Shown: positions 8,915 through 18,372, counted from the first letter of the stretch. The stretch: 47,777 bases of DNA from an uncultured Anaerolineaceae bacterium (GCA_964425305.1 CAYRMQ010000007.1:1-47777); one strand, 5' to 3'. Notes: generated by a model not told the origin, from the sequence alone. Numbers and translations are program-made.

Positions 8915-10027
8915 ATGGGCGCGATCAGCTCCATCGTCGACCGGCTGCTCCATGGCACCGCCAGGTCAGCCGGGCCCCCAGCCAGCCATGAGGCGCTCGA
9001 CGTGCATGCCCGCGAGCCGGTCGTCGACCTCGTCGTCGGGACGGCCCTCTTCCGCGAGTCGTTCGTCCGCCCGGCCGGGCGCGGGCACGTCGACCTGCCA
9101 CGGCTGCGCGCGGCTGGCGTCAACCTCGTCGGGCTGACCGTCGCGACGCGGTTTCCCGACCTGCGCGGGACGCTCTCGCGCCACCACTTCCGCTGGCTCG
9201 GCGCGCCGCCCGCGGCGCTCGCCGGCAATATGGCCCTGGCGGAGTGGCTGATCAGCCGCATCGAGGGTTGGTGCCGCGAGTCGGAGGGTGAGCTGCGGCT
9301 CGTCCACGACGACTCAGACCTGGAGGCATGCCTGGCCGACGGCGGACCGGTCGGCGTCTTCATCGGCATCCAGGGCGGCCACGTCCTCGACGCCGACCTG
9401 GCCAACGTCGAACGGCTGCGCCGCCGCGGCGTGCTGATGCTGGCGCCCGCGCACGTCATGGACAACGACTTCGTCGGCTCGTCGACCGGCCGGCGCCGCG
9501 ACGGGCTGAGCGGCGCCGGCCGCGAGCTGGTGGCGGAGATCGAGCGACAGGGCATGCTCGTCGACCTGGCCCACATGTCGACGGCCGGCATCGCCGACGC
9601 TCTCCATGTCGCGCGCCGGCCACCGCTCGTCAGCCACACCGGATTGCTGGCACGCGCGGCGCGCGGCAGCCGCTGGCGGCGCTACAGCGCGGCGACGCGC
9701 AACGTGCCCGACTGGGTGGTGCAGGAGGTAGGGCGGCGGGATGGCGTGGTCGGGCTCGTGCTGGCCACCCGGCTCATCGGAGGCGAGACGGTGGAGGACG
9801 CCGCCGCGGCGTTCGCTCGGGCGGTCGAGCTCGGCGGCCCGGCCGGCGTCGCCATCGGCTCGGACATGGACGGTGGCCTGCGCATGGTCGTCGACGCTGC
9901 CGGCCTGCCCAAGGTGGCGGAAGCGCTGCTGGCGGCCGGCCTCACGCGCGACGTCGTCGCCGGGCTGGTCGGGCGCAACGCGGTGCGGCTGCTGCGCGCC
10001 GCCCTTGCTCAATCCGGCGAGGTGTAA
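8915..10027 (+). CDS. Membrane (renal) dipeptidase M19-family protein with degenerate metal site
   Basis: GHVDLPRLR, GMLVDLAH, SHTG, RNV, GSDMDG and GRNAVR motifs. Start is ATG 8915 or GTG 8903. Confidence 0.85.
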   Translation: MGAISSIVDRLLHGTARSAGPPASHEALDVHAREPVVDLVVGTALFRESFVRPAGRGHVDLPRLRAAGVNLVGLTVATRFPDLRGTLSRHHFRWLGAPPAALAGNMALAEWLISRIEGWCRESEGELRLVHDDSDLEACLADGGPVGVFIGIQGGHVLDADLANVERLRRRGVLMLAPAHVMDNDFVGSSTGRRRDGLSGAGRELVAEIERQGMLVDLAHMSTAGIADALHVARRPPLVSHTGLLARAARGSRWRRYSAATRNVPDWVVQEVGRRDGVVGLVLATRLIGGETVEDAAAAFARAVELGGPAGVAIGSDMDGGLRMVVDAAGLPKVAEALLAAGLTRDVVAGLVGRNAVRLLRAALAQSGEV

Positions 10028-10270
10028 CCAGCCTGTTAGAGCGGTGCCCGCCGAGTCTGCTGGAGCGACCGCGGCAACGCTCGACACTAGCGGCCGATGA
10101 GCAGCAGGAGGTCTTCTAGAGAGCGAAGAGCGGCGTCGCGCGCCGTCGTGCAACGCGGCGGAGATGCACAGCCGATGCCGCCAGCCCCGCGTGCAACGGG
10201 CGCCGGCATAAGTTCTCGCCGGGACCGCCGCGGTACGGCGCTCGGGGCTCTGGACGCGACGGTCCCGCCA

Positions 10271-10975
10271 ATGCCGGCGACGGCGCGGGCGCCGCTGGTC
10301 CTCCTCATCCACGACACGCCGGCGATCCGCCGGCCGCTGGAGCTGCTGCTCGCCGACGAGGGCTTCCATCTCGAGAGCGTCGACGTGGACGGCGACGACG
10401 CCTGGCAGGCGGCGGCCGAGGCGCTGGGTCCGGCACTGATCCTCGTTCACGTCACCGCCTCGGCGGAACGGCCGCTGGCGCTGGTCAGGGAGATACGGCG
10501 GTTCCGCGCCGAGCCGATCGTCGTGCTCTCACCCTTGGGCGGAGCAGGTGAGACGGTGCGCGGCCTCGATCTCGGTGCGGACGACGACCTGGCCACTCCC
10601 TTCGATCCCGACGAGCTCGCCGCCCGCCTGCGGGCCGTGCTGCGGCGCAGCGAGCGCCACACGCGCCACGTGCCGCCGATGATCGTCGGCGGCCTGACCA
10701 TCGATTTCGAGCGGCGGCTGCTGACACGCGACGGCGAGCTCGTGCCGCTGGGCCGGACGGAGTGGCTGGTGCTGCGCCACCTCGCGCGCAACCCGGGCAA
10801 GGTCGTGCTCAACACCGAGCTGCTGAGCGCGATCTGGGGCGACGGCTACACCGACGACCTGCAGGTCCTGCGCATCTGCATCAGCCGCCTGCGCCACAAG
10901 CTGGGCGCGACGACGCGCGGCGGCGGCCCGATCCGGACCTTCCACAACGTCGGTTACGCCCTCGAGATCGACTAG
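10271..10975 (+). CDS. OmpR/KdpE-family response regulator with atypical receiver
   Basis: GLDLGADD-x-LATPF-DPDELAARLRAVLRR and winged helix (LGRTE, ISRLRHKL, IRTFHNVGY). Start uncertain. Confidence 0.88.
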   Translation: MPATARAPLVLLIHDTPAIRRPLELLLADEGFHLESVDVDGDDAWQAAAEALGPALILVHVTASAERPLALVREIRRFRAEPIVVLSPLGGAGETVRGLDLGADDDLATPFDPDELAARLRAVLRRSERHTRHVPPMIVGGLTIDFERRLLTRDGELVPLGRTEWLVLRHLARNPGKVVLNTELLSAIWGDGYTDDLQVLRICISRLRHKLGATTRGGGPIRTFHNVGYALEID

Positions 10976-11016
10976 CGTCCCGGCCCGCTCGCCGCTGCGG
11001 GCGAAGATGGCTCGGC

Positions 11017-11102
11017 TGGCGGAGAGGGAGGGATTCGAACCCCCGGGGCTTTCGCCCAACGGTTTTCAAGACCGCCGCCATAAACCACTCGGCCACCTCT
11101 CC
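11017..11102 (-). tRNA. tRNA-Ser(TGA)
   Basis: Cloverleaf with loop CTTGAAA, long variable arm and GCCA end; directly downstream of serS. Confidence 0.97.
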
Positions 11103-11113
11103 GGGACCCAATC

Positions 11114-11144
11114 CTAGCGCAGCGGCCCTCTAGCGCAGCGGCCC
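11114..11144. repeat. 15-bp tandem duplication spanning the serS stop codon
   Basis: CTAGCGCAGCGGCCC at 11114-11128 and 11130-11144. Confidence 0.85.
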
Positions 11145-12413
11145 GACTCTCTCGGCCAGCGTCGGGGGCAGCTCGACCGACCCGTCGCGCTGCTGGTAGA
11201 CCTCGAGCAGGGCGGCGACCGTCCGCGCCAGCGCCAGCCCGGAGCCGTTGAGCGTGTGCACGATCTCCGGCCTGGCTCCCGCTTCGGGTCGGTAGCGGAT
11301 GTTCATCCGGCGCGCCTGGTAGTCGCGGAAGTTTGAGACCGAGCTCACCTCCAGCCACTCCTCCACGCCCGGCGCCCAGACCTCGAGGTCGTACTTGCGG
11401 GCCTGCACGAATCCCATCTCGCGCGTCGACATCAGGACGACGCGGTAGGGCAGGCCGAGCCGCTGCAGCACCACCTCGGCGCGCTCGGTCAGCCATTCGA
11501 GCGCCGCGGCCGAATCCGCCGGCTTCTCGAAGGCGACCATCTCGACCTTGTCGAACTGGTGCACGCGCAGGATGCCGCGCGTGGCCCGCCCGGCGGCGCC
11601 AGCCTCGCGGCGAAAGCAGGGCGAGTAGGCGACGTAGCGGATGGGCAGCCGGGCGGCGTCGATGATTTCGTCGCGGTGGAGGTTGGTCACTGGCACCTCG
11701 GCCGTCGGGACCAGATACAGACCGTCGCGCTCGACGACGTACATCTGGTCTTCCTTGTCGGGGATCTGGCCAGTCCCGCGCGCCGACGCCTCGTTGACCA
11801 GGGCCGGCGGCCAGATCTCGGTCATGCCGTGCTCGCGAACGTGGATGTCGATCATGAGGTCGATCAGCGCGCGCTGGAGGGCCGCGCCGGCGGCGCGGTA
11901 GACCGGGAAGCCCGAGCCGGCCACCTTCGCCCCGCCGGCGAGGTCGATCAGGCCGAGCGCGTCTGCCACTTCCCAGTGCGGCCGCCGCTGCCAGCCGTCG
12001 GCGTCGTGGGCCAGCGGCTCGCCCCAGCTGCGGACGACGACGTTGGCGTCGGCGCCGCCGACGGGCACGTCCGGGTCGGCCGGATTCGGGATGCGCAGCA
12101 TCAGCTCGTCGAGGCGCGCCTCGATGTCGCGCAGCTGCTCCTCCGCCCGCTCGACCTCGCGCCCGATCTCCACCGAGCGGCCCCTCAGCCGCTCGATCTC
12201 GGCGCCCTGACGACCGGCCTTCAGCGCCGCGCCGACCTGCGTGCTGATCTCCTTGCGCTGGGCCCGCTGTGCGTCGGCGTCGGCCAGCAGCCGTCGACGC
12301 TCGGCGTCCAGCGCGAGGGCGGTGTCGACGAGCGTCGGGTCCTCGCCCTTGTCGGCCGCCGCCCGGCGGAGCAGGTCGGGCTCCTCGCGCAGGCGGGCCA
12401 GGCCGACGCTCAC
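11130..12413 (-). CDS. serS: Serine--tRNA ligase
   Basis: N-terminal coiled coil, LVPTAEVP, CFRREAG, RVHQFDKVE, EVSSVSN, HTLNGSGLA. Confidence 0.98.
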   Translation of the reverse strand: MSVGLARLREEPDLLRRAAADKGEDPTLVDTALALDAERRRLLADADAQRAQRKEISTQVGAALKAGRQGAEIERLRGRSVEIGREVERAEEQLRDIEARLDELMLRIPNPADPDVPVGGADANVVVRSWGEPLAHDADGWQRRPHWEVADALGLIDLAGGAKVAGSGFPVYRAAGAALQRALIDLMIDIHVREHGMTEIWPPALVNEASARGTGQIPDKEDQMYVVERDGLYLVPTAEVPVTNLHRDEIIDAARLPIRYVAYSPCFRREAGAAGRATRGILRVHQFDKVEMVAFEKPADSAAALEWLTERAEVVLQRLGLPYRVVLMSTREMGFVQARKYDLEVWAPGVEEWLEVSSVSNFRDYQARRMNIRYRPEAGARPEIVHTLNGSGLALARTVAALLEVYQQRDGSVELPPTLAERVGPLR

Positions 12414-14038
12414 GCGCTGCCCTCCCCCGCCGCCTGACGCAGCCGACCGATGACGAAGGTGGGCGCCAGCGACGCCAGCAGCCAGCCGGCGCGCGGGCCG
12501 TTGGGCCGACCGAGGAAGGCGCGGTAGACGGCCTCGAATGCCCTCGCCGGGCGGACCTCACGCCGGCGGGCGACCTCGAAGAGCAGCGCCTGCCAGTCCT
12601 CGCCCGTGGCCGGCGCGTCGCCATCATCCGCAGCCACAGCCGCCAGCGCGCCGAGGTAGGCGCGCTGGTCCGCGTCGAGCTCGGTCGCGCCGGGCGGCAG
12701 CTCGTCGTAGTGGATCTCGAGCCGCGCGTCGGGTGGGGCGAAGTGCTCCAGCCAGGCGCGGGCGGCGGCGATGCGCTCGAGCGCGATGGCCATCTCGCCG
12801 TCGTCGAGCGGTGCGCCCTTCTCGGTGGCGAGGCGTTCGGTGATGTCCGGACCGGGCACCTGCAGCAGCAGCGCGAGATGGGCGAACGGCGGCCGGTAGC
12901 GGACGGCCTCCGCCTGTGGCTCGGCTTCCGGATCGGCCAGGCTGAGCGCGAAGATGCGCTCGGGATTGGGCGGCAGCTCGCCGCGCACGGGCCGGCCGGC
13001 GACGGCGTCGGCGATGCGGTCGAACTCGTCGAAGAGACGCGGGATGGTGTCGCCGCCGGGGTCGAACTCGATGGCCCGGCTCGGCCGGTGGCGCAGGAAC
13101 AGGAAGCGCAGGAGCGTCGGCGGCAGGACCTCGGCCATGTGGTGGGCCGCCGCGCCGTGGCCGCGGCTGGTGCTCATCTTGCGCCCGCCGATGTTGAGGA
13201 ACTCGTAGGCGACGTTGAGCGGCGGCTCGCGCTCGAAGACCCGGCGGCTGATCGCGTCGGCGCGGTCACGCGAGCCGCCGGCCGTGGCGAGGTCCTTGCC
13301 GCAGCCCTCGATCGTCGCCCCGACCAGCGACCAGCGCGCCGCCCAGTCGACGTTCCAGACGAGCTTGGCCCGGCCGCCGAAGGGCGAGACGCGGCCGCGG
13401 TTGCCGCAGCCGGTGGCCCACTCGACCAGGTCGGGGCGACAGTCGTAACTGACCTCGCGCCCGTCCCAGTCGGTCACGTGCGTCGTGCCGATGCGCCCGC
13501 ATCTCTCGCAGATAACCGAGACGGGCAGCCAGTCGGGCGGATGGCGGACGGTGCTGACCGTGCGGTAGATCTCGAGGATGACGTCGGCGCGGTCGAGTGC
13601 GCGCTCGATGTACGGGTCCATCGCGCCAGAGCCGTACTGCTCGCTCATCCAATACAGCGTAGGGTGGATGCCGAGGCGCGCGAAGGTGTCGAGGAACAGC
13701 CCGGCGAAGTGGCGCGCGTAGTTGGGATACGGGCTGCCCGCCGGTGGCGGGACGTGCGCCAGCGGCACGCCCATGTAGCGCTCGACGGCGTCGGGCGTCA
13801 GCAGCGACTGGGCGTCCATCGGGTCGAGGTCCTCGATGCCGTAGCGGAACTCGATCTCGTCGCCGCGCTGGGCGACGGCACGCCGGATCGCGTCGTGCAG
13901 CACGACGCCGCGCAGGCTGCCGACGTGGACCGTGCCAGAGGGGGTCTTCGAGTCGTTGACGATGTGCGGGCCGCGAGCGCGCGCCGCGAGCTCGTCCGCC
14001 CAGTAGTCGGTCGTGGCGTTGGTCGTAGCGGAGGCCAC
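12410..14038 (-). CDS. lysS: Lysine--tRNA ligase, class I
   Basis: YWADELA, TPSGTVHVGSLR (HIGH-like), CERCGRI, KLVWNVDW-AARW, EGCGKDL and KMSTS motifs. Confidence 0.95.
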   Translation of the reverse strand: MASATTNATTDYWADELAARARGPHIVNDSKTPSGTVHVGSLRGVVLHDAIRRAVAQRGDEIEFRYGIEDLDPMDAQSLLTPDAVERYMGVPLAHVPPPAGSPYPNYARHFAGLFLDTFARLGIHPTLYWMSEQYGSGAMDPYIERALDRADVILEIYRTVSTVRHPPDWLPVSVICERCGRIGTTHVTDWDGREVSYDCRPDLVEWATGCGNRGRVSPFGGRAKLVWNVDWAARWSLVGATIEGCGKDLATAGGSRDRADAISRRVFEREPPLNVAYEFLNIGGRKMSTSRGHGAAAHHMAEVLPPTLLRFLFLRHRPSRAIEFDPGGDTIPRLFDEFDRIADAVAGRPVRGELPPNPERIFALSLADPEAEPQAEAVRYRPPFAHLALLLQVPGPDITERLATEKGAPLDDGEMAIALERIAAARAWLEHFAPPDARLEIHYDELPPGATELDADQRAYLGALAAVAADDGDAPATGEDWQALLFEVARRREVRPARAFEAVYRAFLGRPNGPRAGWLLASLAPTFVIGRLRQAAGEGSA

Positions 14039-14049
14039 CGCGAACCAGC

Positions 14050-14520
14050 TCAGCTGATGCTGACGATCTTGTAGCTCTGGTCCCCCGCGGGAACGCTGAC
14101 GACGACCGTGTCGCCCTTCTTGCGACCCAGCAGCGCCCGTCCGACGGGCGATTCGTTGGAAATCTTGCCGTCCTCCGGCGCGGCCTCGGCCGAGCCGACG
14201 ATGGTGAACTTCTCGCGGCCGCCGTCCGACTGCAGGACCACGGTCGAGCCGATCTGGACGTGGGTCGTGGAGTGGTTCTTGTCGATCATGACGGCGTTCT
14301 TGATGAGCGCCGACAGGGTCTGGATGCGGCCCTCGACGAAGGCCTGCTCGTTCTTGGCGTCCTCGTACTCGGCGTTCTCGGTCACGTCGCCGTGCTCCTT
14401 CGCCTCGTGGATGCGGGCGGCGACCTCCGCGCGGCGGACGTTGACCAGCTCGTCGAGCTCCTCGCGCAGCTTCTGGAGGCCTTCGCGAGATAGGTAAGCG
14501 GGCTTGTTGTTGATGCTCAT
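14050..14520 (-). CDS. greA: Transcription elongation factor GreA
   Basis: HGDVTENAEY-EDAK-EQAFVEGRI, IVGSAEA, ISNESPVGRALLG; ATG at 14520. Confidence 0.97.
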   Translation of the reverse strand: MSINNKPAYLSREGLQKLREELDELVNVRRAEVAARIHEAKEHGDVTENAEYEDAKNEQAFVEGRIQTLSALIKNAVMIDKNHSTTHVQIGSTVVLQSDGGREKFTIVGSAEAAPEDGKISNESPVGRALLGRKKGDTVVVSVPAGDQSYKIVSIS

Positions 14521-14535
14521 GGCTCGGGCTTCCCT

Positions 14536-14580
14536 AGAAGGAAAGAACCCCCGCGCAGCCCTCGGCAGGGCGCCAGGAGG
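14536..14580 (-). terminator. Terminator-like hairpin in the greA leader
   Basis: CCTCCTGGCGCCCT-GCCG-AGGGCTGCGCGGGGG followed by TTCTTTCCTTCT, between promoter and start codon. Confidence 0.55.
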
Positions 14581-14595
14581 TCCATCGGTCGGCGG

Positions 14596-14624
14596 ATTGT
14601 AGGCGCAGCGGGCGGGGGCGTCAA
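14596..14624 (-). promoter_or_regulatory. greA sigma70-type promoter
   Basis: TTGACG-17 bp-TACAAT. Confidence 0.8.
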
Positions 14625-14684
14625 ACGGAAGCGCTCGTCGGTCCGCTCGTCCGGTGCCGTCCGCGCGGCCGGCGCGGCGTTCGA

Positions 14685-15155
14685 TCAGCCCGGCGCGCCG
14701 ATCTCGGCCAGGCGCAACAGGCGCCGCTGGATGCGCAGCAGCGAGCCGCGGTCGGCGAAGGCGATGAACAGCGTGTCGTCGCCGGCGATCGAGCCAACGA
14801 CCTCCGGCCAGCGCGAGCGATCGAGCGCCGCGGCGATGGCATGCGCCGAGCCGGGCACGGTGCGCACGACGAGCAGCGGTCCGGCCTCGCGCACCTCCAT
14901 CGGCAGGTCGTGCAGCAGCTTGGCGAGACGTTCCTCGGCGCTTGCCTCGGCGTCGTCGACGCGCGGCGGCAGCGCATACGACTGCACCCCGCCTCGGCCG
15001 AGCTTGATCAGCCCGAGCTCGGCGACGTCGCGGCTGACCGTCGCCTGCGTGGCGCGGAAGCCGCGCTCGCGCAGCGCGGCCGCCAGCTCGTGCTGGGTCC
15101 GGATCGGTCGCCGCTCGACGATGTCGCGGATCTGCTGCTGGCGCAGCTGCTTCAT
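14685..15155 (-). CDS. argR: Arginine repressor
   Basis: TQHEL, TQATVSRD, RTVPGSA and GSIAGDDT motifs; ATG overlaps the uppP stop (TGATG), with GGAGG SD. Confidence 0.95.
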   Translation of the reverse strand: MKQLRQQQIRDIVERRPIRTQHELAAALRERGFRATQATVSRDVAELGLIKLGRGGVQSYALPPRVDDAEASAEERLAKLLHDLPMEVREAGPLLVVRTVPGSAHAIAAALDRSRWPEVVGSIAGDDTLFIAFADRGSLLRIQRRLLRLAEIGAPG

Positions 15156-15982
15156 CACCTCCACAGCAACAGTGTGGCAAAGACGGCCGCGGCCGCGATC
15201 CGGTAGACGACGAAGACATCCGTGCTGTAGCGGCGCAGGAAGGCGATCAGCCAGGCGATAGCGGCGAAGCTGGCCAGCGTCGAGGCGAGCAGGCCGGCGG
15301 CGAGCACCGCCGGGTCGAAGGGGCCGATGGTGCCGTCGATCAGCTCGCGCATCTTCCAGACGCCGGCGCCGGCGATGATCGGTGTGCCCATCAGGAAGGC
15401 GAAGCGCGCCGCCGCCGGTCGCTCCAGACCGAGCAGCAGCCCGGCCGAGATGGTGATGCCCGAGCGGCTGATGCCGGGGAAAAGCGCCAGCGCCTGGGCG
15501 AAGCCGATGAACAGCGCGTCGCGCACGCGTAGGTGGTGCATCTGGCGCGTGTGCCTTGCCGCCCGCTCGGCGAGGAAGAGGATGATCGCGCCGACGACGA
15601 GCAGGCCGGTCACGACGAGAAGCTGCTCGCGGAAGAAGGTGTCGACGAAGTCCTCCAGCAGCAGGCCGATGATCGCCGCCGGCACGACGCTCGCCGCCAG
15701 CAGCAGCGCCAGACGGCGGTCGGGATCGTCACCCACGCGTCGCTCGCGGAGGACGGCCAGGCCGGCCCACGCGTAGCGCCACAGGTCGCGCCCGAAATAG
15801 AGCAGCAGCGCCGCCACCGAGCCGAGGTGGAGGACGACCACGAAAGCCGGGCTGTTGATCAGCGCGTCGTCCCAGCCCAGGACGCGCGGCAGCAGGATGA
15901 GGTGCGCCGACGACGAGATCGGCAGGAACTCCGTCAGCCCCTGAACGACACCGATGACGACGGCCTGGAGGATCGTCTCCAC
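15155..15982 (-). CDS. uppP: Undecaprenyl-diphosphate phosphatase
   Basis: GVVQGLTEFLPISSSAH and ALFPGISRSGITI motifs; GTG start at 15982. Confidence 0.96.
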   Translation of the reverse strand: METILQAVVIGVVQGLTEFLPISSSAHLILLPRVLGWDDALINSPAFVVVLHLGSVAALLLYFGRDLWRYAWAGLAVLRERRVGDDPDRRLALLLAASVVPAAIIGLLLEDFVDTFFREQLLVVTGLLVVGAIILFLAERAARHTRQMHHLRVRDALFIGFAQALALFPGISRSGITISAGLLLGLERPAAARFAFLMGTPIIAGAGVWKMRELIDGTIGPFDPAVLAAGLLASTLASFAAIAWLIAFLRRYSTDVFVVYRIAAAAVFATLLLWR

Positions 15983-15992
15983 GGCGTCCGCG

Positions 15993-18209
15993 CTACCGGA
16001 TGAACAGCGGGGCAAGCACCAGCGTGACCGTCGCCAGCAGCTTGACCAGCACGTGCAGCGACGGGCCGGCGGTGTCCTTGAACGGGTCGCCGACGGTGTC
16101 CCCGACGACGGCCGCCGCGTGCGCCTCGGTCTTCTTGCCCAGCACGCCACCGCTCTCGTCGAGCAGGCTGCCCGACTCGATGTACTTCTTGGCGTTGTCC
16201 CACGCGCCGCCGCCGTTGTTGAGGACCGTCGCCAGCAGCACGCCCGAGATCGTGCCCACCATCAACAGGCCGGCGACCGCCTCGTGGCCGAGCAGGACGC
16301 CGACGACGATCGGCGTGGCGACGGCGACGACGCCGGGCAGGACCATCTCCTTCAGTGCTGCCTGCGTCGTGATGTCAACGACCCGCGCGTAGTCGGGCCG
16401 CTGGCTGTAGTCCATGATGCCGGGCATCTCGCGGAACTGGCGGCGGACCTCGACGATGATCGCCTGCGCCGCCTTGCCGACGGCGCGGATGGCCAGCGAG
16501 CTGAAGAAGAAGGCGAGCATCGCGCCGAGAAAGGCGGCGACGAAGACGGGCACGTTGGCCAGGTTGACCGCCTCCATCAGCGCCCGCCCCTGGTTGGCCA
16601 GGACGAGGTTGACCTTGTCGATGTAGGCGGTGAAAAGCAGGAACGCGGCGAGGCTGGCCGAGGCAATGGCGTAGCCCTTGGTCAGCGCCTTGGTCGTGTT
16701 GCCGACGGCGTCGAGGCGGTCGGTGATCTGGCGCGCGCCGGCCTCCGACCGGCTGAACTCGGCGATGCCGCCGGCGTTGTCGGTGATCGGGCCGAAGGTG
16801 TCCATGGCCAGGATGTAGGCCGTCGTCATGAGCATGCCCATCGTCGCCACCGCCGTGCCGAAGATCGCCCCGCGGCCGGGGTCCGCGGTGTTTGCGAAGG
16901 CCTGCAGCCCGAAGAAGGCGCTGGCCATCAGCGCGACGCCGATGGCTACCGCCGTCACGAAGGTCGTCTCGAAGCCGACGGCGGTGCCGCTGATGATGTT
17001 CGTCGCCGGGCCGGTGCGCGACGCCTCGGCGATCTCCTTCACCGGCCGCCACGAGCCGGAGGTGTAGTACTGCGTGATGTAGACGAAGACGACGCTCGTC
17101 GCCAGCCCGACGACGCCGGCGAGGAACATCCAGACCCACGACGGGACGCCCATCGCGCCGACGAGGTCGGTGCCGGTCTGCATCATCACGAAGGTGCTGA
17201 CCCCGAGGCCGACGACCGACAGCCCGGTCGTCGCCCAGTAGCCGCGGTTGAGGATGTTCATTGGCTCCTCGTCCTCGCTGCCGCGGACGAAGTACATCGC
17301 CGCGATCGTCGCCAGCAGGCCGAAGCCGCGGACGACGAGCGGGAAGAAGATCCACGCCTCGGGGTTGGGCCAGCCGGCGGCCTGGGCGATGGCGAAGGCG
17401 GCCACGCCGAGGATCATCGCGCCGATGTTCTCAGCGGCCGTCGACTCGAAGAGGTCGGCGCCGCGGCCGGCGCAGTCGCCGACGTTGTCGCCGACCAGGT
17501 CGGCCACGACGGCGGCGTTGCGTGGGTCGTCCTCGGGGATGCCCGCCTCGACCTTGCCGACGAGGTCCGAGCCGACGTCGGCGGCCTTGGTGTAGATGCC
17601 ACCGCCGAGCTGGGCGAAGAGCGCGACGAACGAGGCACCGAAGCCGAAGCCGACGATGAGGAAGGGCGCCTCGGCGACGGTCACGTCAGCGATCAGCGTC
17701 TCGTAGATCGTGAAGATGGCCCACACGCCGAGCAGCGACAGCGCGACGACGAGGAAGCCCGAGACGGCGCCGCCGCGCATCGCCACCTGCACCGCCTCGA
17801 CCAGGCTGCGCCGGGCGGCGGCGGCGGTGCGCACGTTGGAGCGGACGCTGACCAGCATGCCGATGACGCCCGAGGCCATCGAGCAGATGGCGCCGACCAG
17901 GAAGGCGACGGCGGTCATGATCGCGATCGGGCCGCCGGCCAGCTCGGGCACGTCGGCCACCTCCTCGGTCTCGACGAAGAAGATGATCGCGCCGATGACC
18001 ACCGCGCCGACGACGGCCAGGGAGGCGATGGTGACGTACTGGCGGCGGATGAACGCGACGGCGCCCTCGTTGATCATGCCGGCTACGTCGCGCATCGCGT
18101 CGGTGCCCGTGTCACGGCGCAGCACGTCGCGGGCGAGATAGGCCGCGAAGAGGACGGCGGCCAGGCCGGAGATCGGTATTACCCACTGGATCGCGTCGGC
18201 GAGTTCCAC
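15993..18209 (-). CDS. hppA: Membrane-bound pyrophosphatase, K+-independent H+-pumping type
   Basis: GGGIYTKAADVGSDLVGKVE, DLVGDNVGD and GDTVGDPFKDT motifs; GNTTKA (Lys) is the K+-independent signature. Confidence 0.96.
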   Translation of the reverse strand: MELADAIQWVIPISGLAAVLFAAYLARDVLRRDTGTDAMRDVAGMINEGAVAFIRRQYVTIASLAVVGAVVIGAIIFFVETEEVADVPELAGGPIAIMTAVAFLVGAICSMASGVIGMLVSVRSNVRTAAAARRSLVEAVQVAMRGGAVSGFLVVALSLLGVWAIFTIYETLIADVTVAEAPFLIVGFGFGASFVALFAQLGGGIYTKAADVGSDLVGKVEAGIPEDDPRNAAVVADLVGDNVGDCAGRGADLFESTAAENIGAMILGVAAFAIAQAAGWPNPEAWIFFPLVVRGFGLLATIAAMYFVRGSEDEEPMNILNRGYWATTGLSVVGLGVSTFVMMQTGTDLVGAMGVPSWVWMFLAGVVGLATSVVFVYITQYYTSGSWRPVKEIAEASRTGPATNIISGTAVGFETTFVTAVAIGVALMASAFFGLQAFANTADPGRGAIFGTAVATMGMLMTTAYILAMDTFGPITDNAGGIAEFSRSEAGARQITDRLDAVGNTTKALTKGYAIASASLAAFLLFTAYIDKVNLVLANQGRALMEAVNLANVPVFVAAFLGAMLAFFFSSLAIRAVGKAAQAIIVEVRRQFREMPGIMDYSQRPDYARVVDITTQAALKEMVLPGVVAVATPIVVGVLLGHEAVAGLLMVGTISGVLLATVLNNGGGAWDNAKKYIESGSLLDESGGVLGKKTEAHAAAVVGDTVGDPFKDTAGPSLHVLVKLLATVTLVLAPLFIR

Positions 18210-18372
18210 GCTCGGATGCTCCCTCAGGTTGGTGGTGACGAGACCGGGATCGGAGATGGGGCGCGGCGCCCACCTGGAGGAGCGGCGTCCGACGCGGCCC
18301 CAAACCGAGCGCTGGATCGGACATGGAAACAGCCCCGGTTCGTCCGGGGCCGCACAGCTCGCAGGCGGCCGG

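Noticed and set aside
10030-10135. Recurring GAGCG words in the dipeptidase-regulator gap
   Set aside because: Too short and irregular to distinguish from chance at this GC content.
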